A stretch of DNA of 64,000 nt, taken from contig DAORVK010000009.1 of NCBI GenBank assembly GCA_035433705.1, forward strand, positions 8,860 to 72,859. Reading direction: 5' to 3'. The stretch's first letter is position 1, and the number at the start of each line of letters is the position of its first letter. A program made the translations under genes and the position numbers. Source of the DNA: Steroidobacteraceae bacterium. Its GTDB lineage: Bacteria > Pseudomonadota > Gammaproteobacteria > Steroidobacterales > Steroidobacteraceae. The notes beneath the pieces were generated by a model that saw only the letters and a program-made list of their open reading frames with translations, was not told the DNA's origin and did not search any database. Shown piece by piece: positions 46,785 through 56,474 of this stretch.

Positions 46785-47945
46785 ATGACATTACTCAGCG
46801 GCTACAGTGTTCTCGATTTCGCCAGCGTCGGCCCCGCGGCGCGCGCCTCGCGGATCCTCGCCGACTACGGCATGGATATCATCAAGGTCGCGCCTGTTTC
46901 GGCTCAGGGTGCCAAGCAGATCGAGCCGGTCTTTCACGCCTATGGCGCCGGGCGCGGCACGCGCCGGATCCGCGTCGATCTGAAATCACCCGAGGGCAAG
47001 CGGACGATCGCAAGGCTCGTCGAGCGGGCCAACGTGGTCATCGAAAGTTATCGCCCGGGCGTTGCGAGCCGGCTCGGCGTCGGCTACGACGATCTCAAGG
47101 CCATCAATCCGAAAATCGTCTACTGCTCGACCAGCGGCTATGGCCAGGACGGCCCCTGGTCGCAATGGGCGGGCCACGACATCAATTACGTCGCGGTCAG
47201 CGGCTATCTCGCCTGCAGCGGCCGCGATGCCGGGGGCCGGCCGGCCCTGCCCGGAGCGACGGTGGCCGACAGCGCGGGGGGCGGCATGCAGGCCGCACTG
47301 GCCGTGATCGCCGCGCTGCTGAACGTCGCAAGAGGCGGCGAGGGCCGTCATCTCGACGTGTCGATCGCGGACGGCATGCTCAATCTGATGTCGCTATACA
47401 TCGACCGGTATCTCGCCACGGGCGAGGAGACGCACCCGGGCACCGACGTGTTGACGGGCAGGTATGCCTGGTACGGCGTGTACACCTGTGCAGACGGTCG
47501 CCACGTTTCGGTGGGCCCGGTGGAAACTCACTTCTTCAGGAACCTTTGCCGGCTGCTCGAGCTGGAGCAGTTCAGCGGCAGCCAGTATGACGATGCAAAA
47601 CAGGACGAAATGCGTGTGGCGTTCGCACAGCGATTCCTGACGAAGCCGCGCGACGCCTGGGTGGCAGCGCTCTCGGGCGAGAACACCTGCGTTGCGCCGG
47701 TGCTCTCGATCGCCGAGGTCGCGGCGAACCCGCATCTGCGGGCGCGGCAAAGCTTCATGCATGCGAACCATGCCGAGCGGGGCCGCTTCGAGCAGCTTGG
47801 TCCGGTGTTGGCTGGTGGTGAGCGGCAGCAGCCCGAGCATCAGGTCCGCCCCGCCGGCACCACCGATACGGATGCGGTTCTGGCGGCAGCGGGGTTTTCA
47901 GCCAGTGAAATCGAAGATCTGCGCCGCCGCGGAGTGATCGAGTGA
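46785..47945 (+). CDS. Family III CoA-transferase, alpha-methylacyl-CoA-racemase-like
   Basis: LSGYSVLDFASVGPAARASRILADYGMDIIKV, YCSTSGYGQDGPWSQWAGHDINYVAVSGYL (His of the racemase acid/base pair) and TVADSAGGGMQAALAVIAAL (Asp). ATG 46716 is an alternative start. Confidence 0.85.
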   Translation: MTLLSGYSVLDFASVGPAARASRILADYGMDIIKVAPVSAQGAKQIEPVFHAYGAGRGTRRIRVDLKSPEGKRTIARLVERANVVIESYRPGVASRLGVGYDDLKAINPKIVYCSTSGYGQDGPWSQWAGHDINYVAVSGYLACSGRDAGGRPALPGATVADSAGGGMQAALAVIAALLNVARGGEGRHLDVSIADGMLNLMSLYIDRYLATGEETHPGTDVLTGRYAWYGVYTCADGRHVSVGPVETHFFRNLCRLLELEQFSGSQYDDAKQDEMRVAFAQRFLTKPRDAWVAALSGENTCVAPVLSIAEVAANPHLRARQSFMHANHAERGRFEQLGPVLAGGERQQPEHQVRPAGTTDTDAVLAAAGFSASEIEDLRRRGVIE

Positions 47946-47974
47946 GCGGCGAGCATAGTCAGGAGTAATGACAG

Positions 47975-48499
47975 GTGACAGACATAGCAAGCGATCTGCC
48001 CGTCGTGGTGCGCGACTTGATCGGCAAGCCGCACTACGTGGAACAGACCGAGTTCCCGATCGAGATCGGGTACGTCTACAACATGTGTGCCGCGGTGCAG
48101 GACGGCAACCCCCTGTATTGGGATCCGGAAGTTGCCCGCGAGATCACCGGTGGGCAGATTGCGCCACCGGCGATGCTTTCGGTCTGGTTCAAGCTGCATC
48201 ACTGGATGCCGGGTGCTGCAGGTGAGCGCAGGCCGATGCAACTCTATTTCGATATCAAGGATATGGTTGGGCTGCCCGAAGGCATCGTTGCCAGCAACGA
48301 AGCGAGCTTCGGCGAGCCCGTGCGCATTGGGGATGTGCTGACCACCAGCCAGTACTGCCGCTCGCTCGGCGAGTTGAAGGACACAAAGCTTGGTCGCGGC
48401 CGCTTTTGCACGATGGACATCGTGACGGTCAATCAGCGCGGCGAGTGGTGTGGCACCGACACCTACAACTTCCTCATTTACATCAAGGGTGCCCGATGA
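47975..48499 (+). CDS. MaoC-N-terminal-type (FAS1-like) hot-dog dehydratase subunit
   Basis: FPIEIGYVYNMCAAVQDGNPLYWD... A GTG start lies 9 nt after AGGAG. The stop overlaps the next gene (ATGA). Confidence 0.75.
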   Translation: MTDIASDLPVVVRDLIGKPHYVEQTEFPIEIGYVYNMCAAVQDGNPLYWDPEVAREITGGQIAPPAMLSVWFKLHHWMPGAAGERRPMQLYFDIKDMVGLPEGIVASNEASFGEPVRIGDVLTTSQYCRSLGELKDTKLGRGRFCTMDIVTVNQRGEWCGTDTYNFLIYIKGAR

Positions 48500-48978
48500 G
48501 CGCCGTACGCAATCTGACTTTCGCCGAAGTCGAGGAGGGGCAGGAGCTGCCCGTTCTCATCCATCCCGTCACCGCCACGACCGTAGTGCTCGGTGCGATC
48601 GCGAGCCGCGACTGGCGCCCGATGCACCATGATCGGGATTTCGCGATCAACCGCAACGGCACGAAGGACATCTTCATCAACACGCCAACCAATGGCGGGT
48701 GGCTCCAGCGCTTCGTCACCGACTGGACGGGTCCGAAGGGCCGGCTCGGCAGGATGAAGTTCAAGATGAAGATCCCGGTGTTCCCTGGCGACACGATGAG
48801 ATTTGCAGGCCGCGTCGCGCGTAAATCGGTGGACGAAACGGGCTGTTGCTGGGTCGATCTCGATCTCTCCATTTCAGTGGGAGACAAGACCAACACCGAG
48901 TGCCAGGCACGCTTTGCGTTGCCTGCGGACGCCGACGACAACCCCTGGCAACGGCGCGGCGAGCGCTGGAAGCCCTGA
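48496..48978 (+). CDS. MaoC-like hot-dog dehydratase subunit
   Basis: LGAIASRDWRPMHHDRDFA...NGGWLQRFVTDWTG...FPGDTMRFAGRV. Translationally coupled to the preceding hot-dog gene, which suggests a heteromeric hydratase. Confidence 0.75.
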   Translation: MSAVRNLTFAEVEEGQELPVLIHPVTATTVVLGAIASRDWRPMHHDRDFAINRNGTKDIFINTPTNGGWLQRFVTDWTGPKGRLGRMKFKMKIPVFPGDTMRFAGRVARKSVDETGCCWVDLDLSISVGDKTNTECQARFALPADADDNPWQRRGERWKP

Positions 48979-48989
48979 CCGTTTGTTGC

Positions 48990-49988
48990 ATGAACGGGGC
49001 AGTCGTGGCATTTCCGTTATCGATCAAGGATCAGCTGACACTGCCGGTGCTGTGTTCACCGATGTTCATCGTGTCGACGCCGCCGCTGGTCCTTGCGCAG
49101 TGTGTGAGCGGCATCATCGGGTCGTTTCCAGCGCTGAATGCGCGTGGGGACGGGGCGCTCGATGCATGGCTGAGCGATCTCGAGGGCCAGCTGCAAGCCT
49201 GGCGCATGGCGAATCCCGGCAAAAAGGTGGCGCCGTTCGCCGTCAACCAGATCGTGCACCAGAGCAACGCACGGCTGGAGGCGGATTTCGAAGTGCTGGA
49301 AAAGCACAAGGTACCGCTGGTGATCACCAGCCTGCGCGCCCCCACGGAATATGTGCCTCGCATTCATGCCTGGGGCGGAAACGTGCTGCACGATGTGACC
49401 AATATCCGGCACGCGGAAAAGGCGCTGGAGGCGGGGGTCGATGGTTTGATCCTGGTCTGCGCGGGGGCGGGCGGGCACTCGGGGGCACTCAGCCCGATGG
49501 CGCTCGTGAGCGAAGTGCGGCGTATCTACGATGGACTCGTGGTGCTCGCGGGCAGCATCACGCGGGGCGAGCACATCCTCGCGGCGCTCGCGATGGGTGC
49601 CGATCTCGCCTACATGGGTACACGCTTCATCGCCACCGAAGAGGCGAATGCGACGCCGGGCTACAAGCGGATGATCGTCGAGTCCGGTGCCAGCGATGTC
49701 CTGTATACGCCTTACTTCTCCTCCGCCCACGGCAACTACCTGAAGCCTTCCATCCGCGCCGCCGGTCTCGATCCGGACAATCTCGTCCGTGCACCCGGCG
49801 AAACGGCCAAGATGGCTTTCACGAGCGCCGATGGATCCCGGACAGTGGGTGCGAAGACCTGGAAAGACATCTGGAGCGCCGGGCACGGCGTGGGTGCCAT
49901 CGGCGATATCCCGACTGCCGCGGAGCTGGTCGCGAGCCTGCAGACGCAGTTCGCTGCGGCCCGGGCGCGCCTGTGCACGTTGCCCTGA
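48990..49988 (+). CDS. Nitronate monooxygenase / 2-nitropropane-dioxygenase-family FMN enzyme (enoyl-reductase-like)
   Basis: LPVLCSPMFIVSTPPLVLAQCVSGIIGSFPALN, DGLILVCAGAGGHSG, GADLAYMGTRFIATEEA. Confidence 0.85.
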   Translation: MNGAVVAFPLSIKDQLTLPVLCSPMFIVSTPPLVLAQCVSGIIGSFPALNARGDGALDAWLSDLEGQLQAWRMANPGKKVAPFAVNQIVHQSNARLEADFEVLEKHKVPLVITSLRAPTEYVPRIHAWGGNVLHDVTNIRHAEKALEAGVDGLILVCAGAGGHSGALSPMALVSEVRRIYDGLVVLAGSITRGEHILAALAMGADLAYMGTRFIATEEANATPGYKRMIVESGASDVLYTPYFSSAHGNYLKPSIRAAGLDPDNLVRAPGETAKMAFTSADGSRTVGAKTWKDIWSAGHGVGAIGDIPTAAELVASLQTQFAAARARLCTLP

Positions 49989-50012
49989 CGGGGGCGATGC
50001 GAGGAGATCATC

Positions 50013-51803
50013 GTGAGTCTGTGGCGTGAAATCGTCGCCCGGCGGATAGCCACCCTCCACGACAGCGCGGCGGACAAGCGCATGGGTCTCGCGCAAGCGA
50101 TCCGCCGCTTTGTCCACCCGGGCATGAAGATCAATCCCGTGACGATGCAGGCGCGGCCGCAGGCGGCCATGTACGAACTCTGCCGTCAGTTCGCCGGAAC
50201 CAGCCCGGGCTTCGAGTTCATTACCTCGGCTCTGAGCGGCAGCTATCTGCAGCTCGCCCATCTCGGGCTGCTCCGCAAAGCCGTCGTGTCCTTCGCAGGT
50301 GAGGGCTACCCGACCCCGGGCCCGAGCCCCGTGACGCGCTGGGCTCTCGAGCGGGGTGATTTCGAGATTGAAAACTGGACCATGCTCACGATCTCCCAAC
50401 GCCTGCTCGCCGGCGCAATGGGAGTGCCGTTTCTGACCACCCGCTCCATCACGGGCAGTTCCCTCGCGAGGGAGCGACAGACCACCGGCGACTATGCCGA
50501 GCTGCCTGATCCATTCAATCCGGGATGCGTGCAGGGCGTGATCAGGGCCTACAGCCCGGACATCGCGTTCGTGCACGTGTGGGCGGCGGATCGCGCGGGC
50601 AACGCCCTCTGTTTTCCTCCCTTTCAGGAGAACATCTATGGCGCGCTGGCGGCCCGGCAGGGCGTGGTGCTCACGGCCCACAAGCTGGTCTCGACGGACT
50701 TCATCCGCCAGCACGCCCATCTCGCGCGCATTCCCGGAGAGATCGTGCTGTCCGTGAGCGAGGTGCCGTACGGCTCGCACCCTTACGGCAATTACAGCGC
50801 GGGCATCCCCGAGCTGCGCGCGTATGCCAATGACTACGCATTCATGAAGGAGCACCGCGAGGCGCAAAGCGCCAGGGAGCGCTACGACGGCTGGATCAGG
50901 GAGTGGATACTCGACGTCGAGCACCACGATGCGTATCTCACCCGCTTGGGCCCTGAACGCGTGCGCGCGATTCATCGGGCAGCCGAGCCGGACTCCTGGC
51001 GGGAAGATCTCGAGCGGCACGCTGCAACGCTGGACCCCGAGCGCGCCGCGGGTGGCGTCGAGGAGATGATCGTACAGGCAGCCCGTGAGGTGGCGAAACG
51101 CATCGCGGCCAACGGCTATCGGGCCGTGCTGGCCGGCGCGGGGCAGGCCTCGCTCATGTGCTGGCTGGCGGCCCATCGATTGCGGGGAGAGGGAATCGAA
51201 TTTGCGTTGCTCGCCGAGACGGGCATGTACGGCTTCGATCCCCGACCTGCCGACCCATTCCTCACCAGTTACCGCAACCTGCCTACCTGCACGATGCTCA
51301 CCGATGTCTTCGAAGCACTCGGCCTGCACGGATGCGGCGGGACCAATGCCTGCATGGGGACCATCGGCGCGGGCGAGATCGACAAGCATGGCAACGTGAA
51401 CTCGACTCGCACTGCTGCGGGCGAGTTTCTCGTCGGATCGGGAGGGGCGAACGACATCGTCACCTCGGCCGCAGAGACGGTGGTGGTCGCGGCGCAGCGC
51501 GCTCAGACTTTCGTGGAAAAGGTCTCCTATGTCACGAGCCCGGGGACGAAGATCCGCTGCGTCGTTTCGACCATGGGTCGCTTCGAGAAGCTCGACGGCG
51601 ACGAGCTCGTGCTGACCGGATATTTCGCGGCGTCTGGCCTCGATCGGTCACAGGCCATCGCGGAAATCCGCCGGCGCTGCGGCTGGGATCTGAAAATCGC
51701 CGACGAGCTGCAGGAGCTTCCACCTGCGAATGCGGAGGAACTGACCTTGCTCAGGATGTTCGATCCGGAGCGATTTTTCCTCGGGAAGCCGGCCGACAAA
51801 TAA
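50013..51803 (+). CDS. Fused class-I CoA-transferase (subunit A-like plus subunit B-like halves)
   Basis: 596 aa. The N-terminal half (GMKINP..., SFAGEGYP..., AFVHVWAADRAGNA) and the C-terminal half (VLAGAGQASLM..., ETGMYGF..., GSGGANDI) resemble glutaconate/3-oxoacid CoA-transferase A and B subunits. A GTG start follows AGGAG. Confidence 0.8.
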   Translation: MSLWREIVARRIATLHDSAADKRMGLAQAIRRFVHPGMKINPVTMQARPQAAMYELCRQFAGTSPGFEFITSALSGSYLQLAHLGLLRKAVVSFAGEGYPTPGPSPVTRWALERGDFEIENWTMLTISQRLLAGAMGVPFLTTRSITGSSLARERQTTGDYAELPDPFNPGCVQGVIRAYSPDIAFVHVWAADRAGNALCFPPFQENIYGALAARQGVVLTAHKLVSTDFIRQHAHLARIPGEIVLSVSEVPYGSHPYGNYSAGIPELRAYANDYAFMKEHREAQSARERYDGWIREWILDVEHHDAYLTRLGPERVRAIHRAAEPDSWREDLERHAATLDPERAAGGVEEMIVQAAREVAKRIAANGYRAVLAGAGQASLMCWLAAHRLRGEGIEFALLAETGMYGFDPRPADPFLTSYRNLPTCTMLTDVFEALGLHGCGGTNACMGTIGAGEIDKHGNVNSTRTAAGEFLVGSGGANDIVTSAAETVVVAAQRAQTFVEKVSYVTSPGTKIRCVVSTMGRFEKLDGDELVLTGYFAASGLDRSQAIAEIRRRCGWDLKIADELQELPPANAEELTLLRMFDPERFFLGKPADK

Positions 51804-51897
51804 CACTGCTGCAATCACCGCCCTTCTACCGGAACTTGCAATTGTGGAGCGTGCCGTCGCGGGGCCGATTGCTCCTGCACTGCTATGATGCACGGCC

Positions 51898-52455
51898 ATG
51901 GAAGCGCCCAGGGTCGCCCGCCGCCGCAGCACTTTTCTCGCGCCTGTCTGGCTCGCGCTCTTCGCGTTCGCGGCGCTGGCCATTGTCAGCGTCACATTCT
52001 GGACGCGCGCAACGACCACGACGATCGTGCTCGTGCGTCATGCCGAGAAACAGCTCGGCACGATTGAGGACCCGCCTTTGACCCAGGAAGGCGATGAGCG
52101 TGCGCAACGGCTGGCGAGCCTCTTCGGTGAACGCTCACAGATAGGCGAAGTACGAGCCATCTACGCAACGAAGACCCGCCGCGCGCAGGCGACCGCTGCA
52201 CCGCTCGCGGCACGCCTGGGTCTTGCCGTAATCACTGCCGATGAGTCGCCTGAAGCGCTCGCGCGCCGGGTGCGCCGCGAGCAGCACGGCGGCGCCGCGC
52301 TCATCGTCGGTCACAGCAACACGGTACCGCGAGTCGTGGCTGCGTTGACCGCCCGCCAGGACATCCCGGCGATGGCCGACGATGACTATGGGACGATCTA
52401 CATCGTGACCGTTCCGGATGTCGGGCGGGCGTCAGTCCTGCAGCTGCGGTACTGA
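51898..52455 (+). CDS. Histidine-phosphatase-superfamily protein with N-terminal membrane anchor
   Basis: TM segment FLAPVWLALFAFAALAIVSV, then IVLVRHAEK (RHG-type motif) and LIVGHSNT. Confidence 0.7.
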   Translation: MEAPRVARRRSTFLAPVWLALFAFAALAIVSVTFWTRATTTTIVLVRHAEKQLGTIEDPPLTQEGDERAQRLASLFGERSQIGEVRAIYATKTRRAQATAAPLAARLGLAVITADESPEALARRVRREQHGGAALIVGHSNTVPRVVAALTARQDIPAMADDDYGTIYIVTVPDVGRASVLQLRY

Positions 52456-52462
52456 ACGCGGC

Positions 52463-52918
52463 TCACGTGCTCGAAAGTGCGATAGCGCGACTCACGAATG
52501 CATCGTGTGCGCTGATACGGAAGTCGGCGAGCACCGCGTCGCGGATGTGGCGCGACGGATCGATCAGAAAGGTGGCGCGGCGCACGCCGAAGCCGAGCGG
52601 CCCGTTGACGCCGTACATGCCGATCACTGCCTTGTCGGTGTCGGAGAGCAGCGTGAAGGGCAGGTGGTATTTCTCGCGGAAGCGTCGGTGACTGTCAGGG
52701 TCCTGCGGGCTTATGCCCGCAACGGTCAGTCCGACCTTCTGGATCCCGGAGTGCAGATCGCGAATGGCACAGGCTTCGCGTGTGCAACCGGGCGTAAAAT
52801 CCGCCGGGTAGAAGTAGAGGATGAGGGCACCGCGGCGCAAGAGCGAAGTGAGCGAGGTTTCGCGACCTTCGTGGTCGGGCAGCGCAAATTCGGGCGCGCG
52901 TTCACCGGGCGAGAGCAT
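52463..52918 (-). CDS. bcp: Thioredoxin-dependent peroxiredoxin Bcp
   Basis: APEFALPDHEG..., LYFYPADFTPGCTREAC (peroxidatic Cys motif), SPQDPDSHRRFREKYHLPFTLLSD. Confidence 0.9.
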   Translation of the reverse strand: MLSPGERAPEFALPDHEGRETSLTSLLRRGALILYFYPADFTPGCTREACAIRDLHSGIQKVGLTVAGISPQDPDSHRRFREKYHLPFTLLSDTDKAVIGMYGVNGPLGFGVRRATFLIDPSRHIRDAVLADFRISAHDAFVSRAIALSST

Positions 52919-53036
52919 CCTGACCCCCTGCGCGTTATGTTAACGAAAGTGCGAGCCACTACAAATTGATTTTCCGCGCCTTTCCGCGGGGTGCAATCCA
53001 CCGTGCTACGTCCACGCCGTCGTCAGGACCCCGGCG

Positions 53037-53351
53037 TTATCCCGATTGGGCAAACTCGGCCGGAATGCGTGCGTAGAAGAGGTCGAGGTGCTCCTCGGCG
53101 AGCTGCTGCAGCAGGGAGTCCGCTTGGGCCTCCGAGACGATGAACTCGACCAGGACGGGCACTTCGCCTGCAAGCTCGAAGAAGCGTTGCTCGTGGAGCT
53201 GCCCATGGCGCCCGAAACCGGCGATCGCCTTGAAAGCGGAGCCTCCCGCGATTCCAAGGCTCTTCGCGCGACCGAGCAGCCACTCGTAGACCGGTACTCC
53301 ATGCGTCTTGCGGTTCTCGTACGTGTAGAAGCGAAGGTGGGCACCTTTCAT
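53037..53351 (-). CDS. DUF190-domain protein (commonly paired with crcB)
   Basis: LRFYTYENRKTHGVPVYEWLLGRAKSLGIAGGSAFKAIAGFG. ATGA overlap with the crcB stop. Confidence 0.75.
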   Translation of the reverse strand: MKGAHLRFYTYENRKTHGVPVYEWLLGRAKSLGIAGGSAFKAIAGFGRHGQLHEQRFFELAGEVPVLVEFIVSEAQADSLLQQLAEEHLDLFYARIPAEFAQSG

Positions 53352-53749
53352 GGCGAGCCTCCCAGGGTCTTCAGCAGTCCGCGGACCAGGGCCATACCGG
53401 CCAGCGTCGCGATGAGCGAGGCGGCGACGTGCAGCATGATATGCACGAGCATCCACCGGTATTCGCCCCGAAGCAGCAGCGTGACGGATTCGGCGGAAAA
53501 AGTTGAAAAGGTCGTGAGCCCGCCGAGAAAGCCCGTCGTCATGGCAAGTCGCATCGTCGGCGAGATGGCCTCATATTGAGAGAATGCGCCGAGCGCGAGG
53601 CCCATCAGAAACCCGCCGAGCACGTTCGCCGCGAGCGTGCCGAGCGGCAGGGTGGGAAACACCGGATTCAGGGAATGCCCGAGCGCCCAGCGCAGCAGCG
53701 CGCCGAGCCCGGCTCCGGAAAAAACGGCAACTCCAGCGGTTAGTCCCAT
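53348..53749 (-). CDS. crcB: Fluoride ion channel CrcB/FluC
   Basis: 133 aa with four hydrophobic helices; GTLAANVLGGFLMG and GFLGGLTTFSTF motifs. Preceded by a fluoride riboswitch. Confidence 0.9.
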   Translation of the reverse strand: MGLTAGVAVFSGAGLGALLRWALGHSLNPVFPTLPLGTLAANVLGGFLMGLALGAFSQYEAISPTMRLAMTTGFLGGLTTFSTFSAESVTLLLRGEYRWMLVHIMLHVAASLIATLAGMALVRGLLKTLGGSP

Positions 53750-53834
53750 GCGTCTCGACTCCTCGTGCCGGAATCGGGTGCGCCTTGCGGGTTTCGCTGG
53801 ATTGCGACGCCCGCGCGCACCCGTGGACCGGGCG

Positions 53835-53905
53835 GGCAGGCATCATCAGCCGCGAGCGGCGGTTCGTCCCGGTGAGCCCCGGGACCGGAAGAATGCCATC
53901 TCCGG
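53835..53905 (-). ncRNA. Fluoride riboswitch (crcB RNA motif)
   Basis: The minus strand reads CCGGAGAUGGCAUUCUUCCGG-(hairpin UCCCGGGGCUCACCGGGA)-CGAACCGCCGCUCGCGGCUGAUGAUGCCUGCC. This matches the conserved GGnGAUGGCAUUCC...AACCGCC...GCUGAUGAUGCCUAC core. It lies 85 nt upstream of the crcB ATG. Confidence 0.85.
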
Positions 53906-53982
53906 CGCACATCGTCCTCCCGCCTGGCGGTGACAGTCAAGCTACGAGGGCGGGTGGTAGTGGCACGTGCGTGCGGCACGAC

Positions 53983-54010
53983 TTGCAGCGCGCAGCCGCG
54001 ATGCTAGAAT
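53983..54010 (+). promoter_or_regulatory. Candidate sigma70 promoter for tRNA-Ala (TTGCAG-16 nt-TAGAAT with TGn extension)
   Basis: -35 TTGCAG at 53983-53988 and extended -10 TGCTAGAAT at 54002-54010. The tRNA starts 23 nt after the -10. Confidence 0.4.
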
Positions 54011-54032
54011 CGCGCGCCTTTCGTTGGTCTGT

Positions 54033-54108
<76 letters not shown>

Positions 54109-54115
54109 CTTTTTT

Positions 54116-55822
54116 TCAGGCGACCTGCAGCGGTCGACGGGACAGGTCCTGCACGAGATCCCTGTCGCGTGCAGCAAGGCGGTTGATGCCTGAGAGTACG
54201 GCGAGGATCGAGGCGGTGACGATATTGGCATCGATGCCGACGCCGTGCGTGCCGCCCGGCTGATTGCCGCCGGCGAGTTCGATGCAGGCGATGGCGCGGG
54301 CGTCGGCACCCTTGCCGAGCGAGCGTTCCTCGTAGGCGAGCACGTGCACCGGCAGGCGCAACGCGCGGATCACCGCATCGATCGGGCCGTTGCCTTCGCC
54401 GCTCACCGTGACGCGGCGTTCGCCCATCGTGACGGTGAGCTTCACGCCCTGCGCCCGGCCGTGCTCATAAAGATGGTGCTCGACGTAGCGCAGGGGGTCA
54501 CTCTCCTGCAGATAGGTCGCGCCAAAGATCCGCCACAGTTCCTCGGCGGTGACTTCGGTGCCGGTGGCATCGGTGTGCTGCTGAACGACGCCGCTGAACT
54601 CGATCTGCAATCGGCGCGGCATGACCAGTCCGTAGCCGGATTCAAGCAGGTAGGCGATGCCGCCCTTGCCCGACTGGCTGTTCACGCGAATGATTGAATC
54701 GTAGCCGCGTCCAAGGTCGATCGGGTCGACCGGCAGGTACGGGACTTGCCAGTGTTCAGTGGCGTCCCGTGTGGCCATGCCCTTCTTGATGGCGTCCTGG
54801 TGCGAACCGGAAAAGGCAGTGAACACGAGGTCACCGGCGTAAGGGTGGCGCGGGTGCACCGGCAGCTGCGTGCATTCCTCGACCGTGCGTGCGATGCGGT
54901 CGATATCAGAAAAATCGAGCCCCGGATCGACGCCCTGCGAGTAGAGGTTCAGGGCGAGCGTGACCAGATCGACGTTTCCGGTGCGCTCGCCGTGGCCGAA
55001 CAGGCAGCCCTCGACCCGTTCGGCGCCGGCCATGAGCGCGAGTTCGGTGGCGGCGACGGCGCAGCCGCGGTCGTTATGCGGGTGCACGCTGAGGATCACG
55101 CTGTCGCGGCGGGCGAGATGGCGATGCATCCATTCAATCTGGTCGGCGTAGACGTTTGGCGTCGATACCTCGACGGTCGCCGGCAGGTTGAGGATCACCT
55201 TGCGAGCGGGCGTTGCGCCCCAGGCTTCGGTCGCCGCGTCGCAGATCTCACGGGCATATTCGAGTTCGGTGGCCGAGAAAGTCTCCGGGCTGAACTCGAG
55301 CGTCCATTCGGTTTCGGGGCGGGCAGCGCAGAGTTCGCGGATCTGGTGCACGGCATCGACGGTCATTAGCACCACGTCCGCCTTCTGCATCGCGAATACC
55401 GTCTCCCGGAAGAGGGGTGAGGTCGCAGAGTAGACGTGCACGATGGCGCGCTTTGCGCCGGCCAGCGATTCGATGGTGCGCGCGATCAGCGCCGGGCGAG
55501 CCGGGGTCAGCACCTCGATCGTCACGTCGTCGGGGATGTGCCCGTTCTCGATGAGGGTGCGCACGAAGCTGAAGTCGGTCTGCGATGCGGCCGGAAAGGC
55601 GACTTCGATCTCCTTGAAGCCGATCTTGCAGAGCATCCTGAACATGCCGAGCTTGCGCTCCGCGTCCATCGGCTCAAAGAGGGCCTGGTTGCCGTCGCGC
55701 AGGTCGGTGCTCATCCAGACCGGCGCCCTGGAGAGGGTCTTGTCCGGCCATGTCCGGTCGGCGAGGCGGACGGGCGGGAAGGGGCGGTACTTGCCGGTGG
55801 TCTTCATATTTGAATCGTTCAC
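54116..55822 (-). CDS. leuA: 2-isopropylmalate synthase (long form)
   Basis: [78 protein letters not shown], and a C-terminal regulatory domain. ATG 55807 is an alternative start. Confidence 0.9.
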   Translation of the reverse strand: MNDSNMKTTGKYRPFPPVRLADRTWPDKTLSRAPVWMSTDLRDGNQALFEPMDAERKLGMFRMLCKIGFKEIEVAFPAASQTDFSFVRTLIENGHIPDDVTIEVLTPARPALIARTIESLAGAKRAIVHVYSATSPLFRETVFAMQKADVVLMTVDAVHQIRELCAARPETEWTLEFSPETFSATELEYAREICDAATEAWGATPARKVILNLPATVEVSTPNVYADQIEWMHRHLARRDSVILSVHPHNDRGCAVAATELALMAGAERVEGCLFGHGERTGNVDLVTLALNLYSQGVDPGLDFSDIDRIARTVEECTQLPVHPRHPYAGDLVFTAFSGSHQDAIKKGMATRDATEHWQVPYLPVDPIDLGRGYDSIIRVNSQSGKGGIAYLLESGYGLVMPRRLQIEFSGVVQQHTDATGTEVTAEELWRIFGATYLQESDPLRYVEHHLYEHGRAQGVKLTVTMGERRVTVSGEGNGPIDAVIRALRLPVHVLAYEERSLGKGADARAIACIELAGGNQPGGTHGVGIDANIVTASILAVLSGINRLAARDRDLVQDLSRRPLQVA

Positions 55823-55988
55823 GCGCGAATGCGGTTCAGTTGCGGCAGTTTAAGGGGGGCAACGAGGTGAATAATTGCGAATGACACGAAGTTTCACTGA
55901 ATGAGGGCAATCGGATTGCGCACGTATAGCGTTTAAAGCAATATACTTGTGCCTGTTTCACATATGCCGCAATCTGGAGCTGAAGACG

Positions 55989-56450
55989 ATGGAACTCGAT
56001 CGTTATGACCGCCGCATTCTCGAGGTGCTGCAGGCTGACGGCCGCCTCGCGAACCAGGAGCTGGCCGAGCGTATCGGGCTCTCGCCCTCGCCTTGTCTGC
56101 GTCGCGTGCGCGCGCTGGAGGAGGCCGGCGTGATCACCGGCTATCGTGCCCTTGTAGATGCCCGGAAGCTCGGCCTGTCGCTGATGGCGCTCCTGCACAT
56201 TTCAATGGACAAGCACACGCCGGAGCGTTTCGCCAACTTCGAGAAAAAAATCGCCGCGCGGCCGGAAGTGCTCGAGTGTCTGCTCATCACCGGCCAGGAG
56301 GCGGACTATCAGCTGAAGGTGATCGTGCGCGACATGGACGCTTACCAGGAGCTGCTGCTGAACCGGATCACGCGCATCGAAGGGGTCACCGGCGTGCATA
56401 CCAGCTTCGTGCTGCGTCGGGCACACGACAACACGGCCGTGTCGGTCTGA
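55989..56450 (+). CDS. Lrp/AsnC-family transcriptional regulator
   Basis: MELDRYDRRILEVLQADGRLANQELAERIGLSPSPCLRRVRALEEAGVITGY, plus a RAM-like C-terminus. Divergent from leuA across an AT-rich spacer. Confidence 0.9.
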   Translation: MELDRYDRRILEVLQADGRLANQELAERIGLSPSPCLRRVRALEEAGVITGYRALVDARKLGLSLMALLHISMDKHTPERFANFEKKIAARPEVLECLLITGQEADYQLKVIVRDMDAYQELLLNRITRIEGVTGVHTSFVLRRAHDNTAVSV

Positions 56451-56474
56451 ACGACTCTCTTGTGGCGCGCTCTC

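Noticed and set aside
49056-51389. 777-aa minus-strand ORF spanning the NMO-like and fused CoA-transferase genes
   Set aside because: It crosses two well-supported plus-strand genes, has an Arg/Ala/Gly-rich translation and no domain signature.
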